From the NCBI GenBank assembly GCA_045533335.1, contig JAZSHQ010000054.1, forward strand, positions 840 through 64,839: a stretch of 64,000 nt of DNA, read 5' to 3'. Both the position numbers and the translations under genes were made by a program. This document shows, piece after piece, positions 57,830 through 64,000 of this stretch. This stretch comes from Eubacteriales bacterium. Lineage in GTDB: Bacteria > Bacillota > Clostridia > Oscillospirales > CAG-382. Position 1 is the stretch's first letter; each line of letters starts with the position of its first letter. The notes below the pieces were generated by a model that had not been told where the DNA came from, made no database searches, and saw only the letters and a program-made list of their open reading frames with translations.

Positions 57830-60079
57830 TTATTTGCTGTAGTTTTCGTAGAAGTCAGCTTCATCCATAAGGTAGTCGTTCGAGTAAATATCGAAGAGCT
57901 CAGGATTGATAGTCCAGTTGAAGTAGAAGTCGTAAATGGTGCTGTTGAAGCTGGTAGCAAAGTTGATTGCCGTACACTTAGCAACGCCATCCCAACCGTC
58001 GCCTTCGCTCTGGAGGTATTCAGCGTAAAGACCGCTGGTGAAGTCGCAGGAGATGTACTGGATATACGCACCGATATCGGTGGTAGCAGTAGTATTTTTC
58101 TGCCATGCGGTGATAAGGAGGTCGGTTACGTCGTTAGGCTGAGTACCGTAGTAGTTGATTGCGAGAGGCATATAGTATTCGCCGTTGATCTTAACGGTCT
58201 TGTACTTGCCGTCTACGGTAGCATACTGGAGGTTCTGCTTGGAGAGTTCGTAGCCGGAGAGCTTCTTGTAACGAACTGCGTCAACGCCAGCGTCGAACTG
58301 GTTGCCGTTTTCGTCATAGATCCAGCCGCCTGCAACGAGAACGTCGATAGCGCTGTCCTTGGAGTAGGTGTACTGGTTGAGGTTGATGTCGTCCTTAACT
58401 GCCTGGAATGCAGAGTAGCCTTCATAGTAAGGACCGTGAACAACGGTACCGTAACCGCCGGTGAATGCCTGTGCGAATTCGGGACGGTTGATGGTATGCA
58501 TAACTGCCTGACGAACTTCGAGGAAGCTTGCGGGACCAAGGTCAGCACGGAATGCGAGCTTACCGTAGCCTGCACGGTCGTAGTGAGTTTCAGCATACTT
58601 ATCGGGGTTTTCGGTTACAGACTTAAGAGCAGCTTCGGTTTCAGCCGCGCCGGTAATGCCTGCGATAACGTCAACTTCACCGTTGAGGAACTTATCCATC
58701 TGGGTTTCGGTTTCGGTCTTGATGTAGGTGATGGTCTGGATAGAAGCCTTGCCGCGAGCGTCGTCACCGGGATAGTTGGGGTTGAGCTCGAGGGTAGCGA
58801 TAAGAGCAGCTTCGTCATAGTTCTTAACTACGTAAGGACCGGAGAAAGGAAGCTTGGAATCCCATGCAAGGTTAGCCTTGATGGTTTCGCCCATAGCGTA
58901 TTCTTCCTTGCCGTCCTTTTCGACCTTCTTGTAGAAGTTGTCGGAAAGACCGCAAGCCTTGGTTTCTTCGTTAACGATGATATCGTTGTCGCCAAGGTAG
59001 AGAGCCAAAGGATCGGGACCGTAAGAAGCATAGCTCATTACGTAGTAGTAGTCTGCATATTCTTCAAGGAAGGTTACCGAGAAGGTGTAGTCGTCGAGAA
59101 GCTTAACGCCGTCGAAATACTTGGAAACGGTAATAGCATCGTCGCCTTCGCCTACGGTTGCGCCGTCGTTGGTGCCGTCGTAAGCCTTGAATGCGTCATA
59201 ACCAACGTTGAGCTGACCAGCAGCGCCGGTGCCGCCTGCCTGTTGGCCAACGGCAGTAGAGTTAGCGAGGAGGTATGCGATATAGTTCTTTGCGGTGATA
59301 GCAGAGCCATCGGAGAATACAAGATCTTCTTTGATCTTGATGGTGTAGGTAAGAGTACCGTCTTCGTTAAGGGTCTTAACGGGCTCTTCTGCAAGTGCCT
59401 GCATATTCCACATCATGTTACCGGACTTGTCGGTCTGAACGGTCGAGTAGCCGGAGGTGAGGTTCTGAAGATCAAGTTCGTAAGTGCGGGGAGAAGACTT
59501 ACCCCAAGAGGAGTGACGGAACGCACCGGAAAGTTCGGTAGCGTTACCGAGGATAACGGAGTTATCGTTGCCTTCCTTTACGGTAGCTGCGATGATAGCA
59601 TCTGCTGCTGCCCAGTAAGGAGTGGTAACGAAACCTTCGATCTTAGCGTTGTAAAGGTCGAAGTACTGGTTGGAGTAAAGGGGAACTTCGGGAACGAGAT
59701 AGTTCCATCTCTGGATGTAGAGCTTCCACCACTGGTTGAAGGTATCTTCATCGGGAGAGTTGTAAACCATCGCGCCGGAGAGGAAGTCCATACCGAGCTC
59801 ATACTTAACGCCGTCAACGGTAACGTAAGCAAGACCGGTGTCTTCATCTTCTTCTACCATATCGTAGGTAACTTTGGAGCCGATCATTTCGTAAACAGAA
59901 GTATAGTCCTTATGTTCAACAACGTCGGCGAGGTCGATGTCCTGGTAGGTCGCCTTGGGCTGTTCGTTGGTGCTTTCGTTGCCGCTTGCGTTAGAAGTGT
60001 CAGAGTCGTTCTGGCAAGCTGCGAACGCGAAAACAGAAAGAGCCATAGCGAGTACCAATGCGAGAATACGCTTTGTCAT
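57830..60079 (-). CDS. oppA: Family 5 solute-binding lipoprotein (OppA-like), apparently circularly permuted
   Basis: Lipobox FAAC; YTIKIKEDLVFSDGSAITAKN, SGPYVV, VRQAVMHTINR; strongly biased codon usage. Confidence 0.85.
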   Translation of the reverse strand: MTKRILALVLAMALSVFAFAACQNDSDTSNASGNESTNEQPKATYQDIDLADVVEHKDYTSVYEMIGSKVTYDMVEEDEDTGLAYVTVDGVKYELGMDFLSGAMVYNSPDEDTFNQWWKLYIQRWNYLVPEVPLYSNQYFDLYNAKIEGFVTTPYWAAADAIIAATVKEGNDNSVILGNATELSGAFRHSSWGKSSPRTYELDLQNLTSGYSTVQTDKSGNMMWNMQALAEEPVKTLNEDGTLTYTIKIKEDLVFSDGSAITAKNYIAYLLANSTAVGQQAGGTGAAGQLNVGYDAFKAYDGTNDGATVGEGDDAITVSKYFDGVKLLDDYTFSVTFLEEYADYYYVMSYASYGPDPLALYLGDNDIIVNEETKACGLSDNFYKKVEKDGKEEYAMGETIKANLAWDSKLPFSGPYVVKNYDEAALIATLELNPNYPGDDARGKASIQTITYIKTETETQMDKFLNGEVDVIAGITGAAETEAALKSVTENPDKYAETHYDRAGYGKLAFRADLGPASFLEVRQAVMHTINRPEFAQAFTGGYGTVVHGPYYEGYSAFQAVKDDINLNQYTYSKDSAIDVLVAGGWIYDENGNQFDAGVDAVRYKKLSGYELSKQNLQYATVDGKYKTVKINGEYYMPLAINYYGTQPNDVTDLLITAWQKNTTATTDIGAYIQYISCDFTSGLYAEYLQSEGDGWDGVAKCTAINFATSFNSTIYDFYFNWTINPELFDIYSNDYLMDEADFYENYSK

Positions 60080-60375
60080 TTTCTTTTCCTCGTTTCTGAG
60101 TGTATTTGTTTATATATTCGGAAGTGTTTCCCGATATATACCGATTATGTTTTTCATAGGATATGCTATCCTATGAAACAAAGGGGTACCCCTTTGTTTT
60201 GCGCGGTTTTTCGCCTTTGATCTGCCGAAATACCGTCACGCATTACTATATTATTACTTTATTTTTACCATAATAACGCGCTTTTGTCAACCGCTTTTTA
60301 ATATTTCGGTGTATTGTGAACAAATTGGCATTCGCCGTTTTGCAATATTTGCACAAAACCTTTGTGCTATATCCA

Positions 60376-61293
60376 TTATATGCCCGAACAGGCACTTTTT
60401 CTACCCTGCTTTATTCCGCGCGCCTGCATTTCGCGGTTTATCGTGTTCATTACCCGTTTTTTGTCGCCGCTCCACAACGGGGCCGCAAGGTAAAGCTTCG
60501 GCGCGTCGCCGGTTATGCGGTGAACAACCACCCGCTCGGGCAAACGCTCGATACATTCAAACAAAATATTCATATATTCATCAAGCGAAAGCTCGGAAAA
60601 GCTTCCTTTTATATATTCATCATAAAGCTCGGTGCCGCGCAGGATATGCAAAAGCTGTAATTTTATTCCGTCCGTGCCCGCGGCAACCGCAAAATCGACC
60701 GAAGCGAGCGCGTCTTTTTTTGTTTCGTTCGGCAAGCCGATAATAATATGGGTTATCACCTGCACGCCTGCCGATTTAAGCCGTTTTACCGCGTCGGCAT
60801 AGACCGAATTTTTATAGCACCGCCTTATATATTCGGCGGTTTTTTCGTTCGCCGTCTGCAAGCCAAGCTCGACCCACACGGGCTTTATCGCATTCAGCTC
60901 GCGCAGAAGCGCAATAACCTCGTCGGGCAGACAGTCGGGGCGCGTCGCGATCGAAAGCGCAACGATGTCCTCACGCAGGATCGTTTCGTAAAACACGCTT
61001 TTTAAATATTCTATCGGCGCATAGGTGTTGGTAAAGCTTTGAAAATAAGCGATAAATCGGCTCGCCTTCGTCTTTTTGGCAACAAGCTCCTTTGCCTTTT
61101 CGATTTTTTCGGAAATACTCCCCTTGCGCGAGGCAAAATGTGAGCTCCCTGCAAGACAGAAAATACACCCCCGCGTATCGAGCGTGCCGTCGCGGTTTGG
61201 GCAGGTCAGCCCCAAATCGAGCGATAACTTATAAACTTTTTCGCCGAAGGTTTTTTGTAAATAATCGTTAAGCGAATAATAATGTTTGTTCAT
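60376..61293 (-). CDS. TIGR01212-type radical SAM protein (YhcC/YtqA-like)
   Basis: TCPNRDG...GCIFC, AYFQSFTNTYAP, ATRPDCL, WVELGLQT, VVHRITGD. Confidence 0.88.
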   Translation of the reverse strand: MNKHYYSLNDYLQKTFGEKVYKLSLDLGLTCPNRDGTLDTRGCIFCLAGSSHFASRKGSISEKIEKAKELVAKKTKASRFIAYFQSFTNTYAPIEYLKSVFYETILREDIVALSIATRPDCLPDEVIALLRELNAIKPVWVELGLQTANEKTAEYIRRCYKNSVYADAVKRLKSAGVQVITHIIIGLPNETKKDALASVDFAVAAGTDGIKLQLLHILRGTELYDEYIKGSFSELSLDEYMNILFECIERLPERVVVHRITGDAPKLYLAAPLWSGDKKRVMNTINREMQARGIKQGRKSACSGI

Positions 61294-61398
61294 AGCCCTA
61301 TTTTAGCAAAAAATCGTCCAATAATCAACAAATTTATTGACTATCCTACCTCCGTTTGCTAAAATATCTTTAAAATAATGCCTTCGAGGACCAACAAT

Positions 61399-62265
61399 AT
61401 GCTTAAAATATCCACCGAAATACGCTCTGCCGCAAACAAAGTCGGCGAGGAAAAGGCGATAGAGCTTATCGCAAAAGCGGGGTTTCACGCTTTCGACCTT
61501 TCGATGCTTTCTATGGTAAAATACGATTGGGGCAAAAACGTCTGCTACCCCTGCGACCACCCCTTTGCGACCGATAACGCAGCCGCGTTTGTTAAAAGAC
61601 TACGCAAAATCGGCGAGGAATACGGAATAGTCTGCAACCAATCCCACGCGCCTTACCCCACCTATTGCCCCGAAATTCGTGCCACCTACAAAAAATGTAT
61701 CGAGCTCACCGCTGTCGCAGGGGGCGAAATATGCGTTATTCACCCCGATAACTACAAATCCGCCGAGGAAAATGCCGAAATGTTTTTCGAGCTTTTGCCG
61801 ACAGCGCACGCCTGCGGCGTAAAGATCGCCGCCGAAAATATGTGGTCTTGGAGCGATGCGACACAGTCGGCTTCCTTTGCCGCCTGCTCAAACCCGAAAA
61901 GCTTTTTGGAGCACCTTAAAGCCATTAACGACGACCATTTCGTTGCCTGCCTCGATATAGGCCACGCCGAATTAAAGGGGCTGGACACAAACGCGGAAGA
62001 AATGATCGATTCGCTCGGAAATTACCTGCAATGCCTGCATATTCACGATAACGACAAAAAGGGCGACCGCCACGCGATCCCCTTTTCCGACAGTATCGAT
62101 TTCGATTCGGTGGCAAAAGCCTTAAAGCGAAACGGCTACAACGGCTATCTCACGCTCGAGGCAGTTTCGCACCTTAACGGCTTTGCTCCCGAAAACACGC
62201 TTATCGGTCTTACCGAGCTTGCAAATTCGGCAAAAAAGCTTGCACAAATGATAGAAGAAGCATAA
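61399..62265 (+). CDS. Sugar phosphate isomerase/epimerase (xylose-isomerase-like TIM barrel)
   Basis: NQSHAP, VIHP, IAAENM, ACLDIGH, LHIHDND, LTLE. Confidence 0.82.
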   Translation: MLKISTEIRSAANKVGEEKAIELIAKAGFHAFDLSMLSMVKYDWGKNVCYPCDHPFATDNAAAFVKRLRKIGEEYGIVCNQSHAPYPTYCPEIRATYKKCIELTAVAGGEICVIHPDNYKSAEENAEMFFELLPTAHACGVKIAAENMWSWSDATQSASFAACSNPKSFLEHLKAINDDHFVACLDIGHAELKGLDTNAEEMIDSLGNYLQCLHIHDNDKKGDRHAIPFSDSIDFDSVAKALKRNGYNGYLTLEAVSHLNGFAPENTLIGLTELANSAKKLAQMIEEA

Positions 62266-62296
62266 AAAAACGGAGAAGCGCTTGCTTCTCCGTTTT
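62264..62296 (+). terminator. Intrinsic terminator
   Basis: AAAACGGAGAAGC-GCTT-GCTTCTCCGTTTT. Confidence 0.7.
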
Positions 62297-62442
62297 GCGT
62301 TGAAGGGAAATATATTGAGAGGAAAACTCTCTTTTCAAAAACTTCTTAATATTAATTTCTTTGAAGATTCCTGAGAAACTTTCTTTCAAAAAGAAAGTTT
62401 CTTAGGCGGAGTTTGAGGCAGAGCCTCAAGTGTGTCGCCTTT

Positions 62443-63933
62443 TTAGTCTTCTGCTTTTGTTGCTTCGTCAAATATAGCAACGACCTCTTCGGAAGGCTTT
62501 TTGTCGATAAGCGTTACGGCAACCGCCGCGATCATACCAACCGCAAAGCCGGGGATAAGCTCGTAAATGCCGGTGCTTGCCGAAAGGAAGATATACCAAA
62601 GCACGTCGGTAACCGCACCCGCGATAACGCCCGCAAGCGCGCCCTTATAGGTAAATCTGCGCCAGAAGAGCGAAAGGATAACAACGGGGCCGAACGCCGA
62701 GCCAAATCCCGCCCAAGCGTTTTCAACGAGATTCATAATCGCCTGCGCGCCCTCTGCCTTACTGCTTGCGATAAAGTATGCGACAACCGCAACGATAAGC
62801 ACAACGCCCCTGCCGACCCAAAGCGTTTCCTTGTCGGAAGCCTTTTTGCGAAGAATAGGCTTGTAGATATCCGAGGTAAACGAGGAGGAAGCGACGAGAA
62901 GCTGGCTGTCTGCCGTCGACATCGAAGCCGCGATGATAGCCGAAAGAAGAATACCTGCAATAAACGAGGGGAAGAGCAATCTAGAAAGCTCAACAAATAC
63001 CATACTCTGGCTGTTTTCTGCAAGAAGCTCTGCGCCGATAAGCATTCTGCCGAACACTGCGATAAAGATAACCGCAACGAGTGCAAGCACTACCCAGATA
63101 ATAGCAACGAGCGACGATTTTTTAACCATCGAGGGCTTTTCTATCGACATAAAGCGCACGAGGATGTGCGGCATACCGAAATAGCCCAAGCCCCAAGCAA
63201 GACCGCTTGCGATTTCTGCGGGCGGTGCCGCGAAAAGGTCGCCGATAAAGCTGTATTCCGTGCCGTCGTTTGCATATACCACCGTCTCGAGCAGGCTAGT
63301 GTCGAGATCTTTCGTAAGCACGATTATAATAGGCACAGCAAGAACTGCAACTATCATAAGCATACCTTGGAAAAAGTCGGTCCAGCAAACCGCTTTATAA
63401 CCGCCGAGGAAGGTATAAACAATAAGTATAGCCGCAAAAATAAGCATTGCGGTGCTTTTTTCTATGTCGAACATAGAGGTGAACACGTTTGCGCCCGCAA
63501 CGAACGCCGATGCAACGTAAAGCGTAAAGCAAACGAGGAAAACTATTGCGCAGACCACCTGCAACGCCTTGCTCTTTGTGACAAAGCGGTTGGAAAGATA
63601 CTGCGGAAGCGTTATCGAATCGTTAGCCGCCTGCGAAAAACGGCGCAATCTTTTTGCAACGAGTATCCAGTTAAGAGCAGTACCGAGCGCAAGACCGATA
63701 CCGATCCACGCCTGACCCAAACCGAACGCAAGCACGCTGCCGGGCAGACCCATCAACAGCCACGCCGACATATCCGATGCCTGCGCGCTCATCGCGGTTA
63801 CCCACGGGCCCATTTGTCTGCCGCCAAGGAAATAATCCTTGTCGGTCTTGTATTTCGAGCGCAGAAAGAACACCACGCCGACGGTAAGCATTGCCGCAAA
63901 ATAAAGTATTAATGCAAGAACTTCATAATTCAA
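62443..63933 (-). CDS. putP: Sodium/proline symporter
   Basis: DYFLGGR, SAQASDMSAWLLMGLPG, AWGLGYFGMPHILVRFM, AASMSTADSQLL, AWAGFGSAFGP, YELIPGF. Confidence 0.92.
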   Translation of the reverse strand: MNYEVLALILYFAAMLTVGVVFFLRSKYKTDKDYFLGGRQMGPWVTAMSAQASDMSAWLLMGLPGSVLAFGLGQAWIGIGLALGTALNWILVAKRLRRFSQAANDSITLPQYLSNRFVTKSKALQVVCAIVFLVCFTLYVASAFVAGANVFTSMFDIEKSTAMLIFAAILIVYTFLGGYKAVCWTDFFQGMLMIVAVLAVPIIIVLTKDLDTSLLETVVYANDGTEYSFIGDLFAAPPAEIASGLAWGLGYFGMPHILVRFMSIEKPSMVKKSSLVAIIWVVLALVAVIFIAVFGRMLIGAELLAENSQSMVFVELSRLLFPSFIAGILLSAIIAASMSTADSQLLVASSSFTSDIYKPILRKKASDKETLWVGRGVVLIVAVVAYFIASSKAEGAQAIMNLVENAWAGFGSAFGPVVILSLFWRRFTYKGALAGVIAGAVTDVLWYIFLSASTGIYELIPGFAVGMIAAVAVTLIDKKPSEEVVAIFDEATKAED

Positions 63934-64000
63934 AGCAATTACCTCTCTTTCAATCTTTTTAGCTAAATTTAATCATTATAACGCTACTATAACATACTTT

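Overview
Chromosomal window from an anaerobic, spore-forming Clostridia-type Firmicute, probably Oscillospirales-like and from gut or rumen (cotJABC, T-box thrS, nfnAB, iorAB-paaK). No CRISPR, rRNA, transposase or intact prophage is visible. The main signal is a family of large secreted modular proteins: two GH25 muramidases and three phosphodiester-glycosidase (NAGPA-like) proteins. They share a helical spacer and an F5/8-type-C (CBM32-like) module. The four complete members also share an unnamed beta module and an almost invariant type-I dockerin with unusual QY/QF recognition residues. Nearby are a ~2050-aa protein with five CBM9/DOMON-like repeats, two lipoproteins and a sortase-type anchored CBM32-like protein. 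No cellulase is present, so this looks like a cellulosome-style assembly aimed at bacterial cell walls (inference; no cohesin was identified). Other notable items: an Opp ABC operon with an apparently circularly permuted OppA, a 7-repeat RCC1/BLIP-II insertion in OppC and a ~190-aa insertion in OppF; a 1.2-kb relic island at tRNA-Val(GAC) carrying a kinase-like gene; a cI-like XRE switch driving an ORF-less transcript next to an XRE-DUF2807 fusion; and palindromic intergenic elements, one showing a loop inversion. Domain calls are by motif recognition only; no searches were run.
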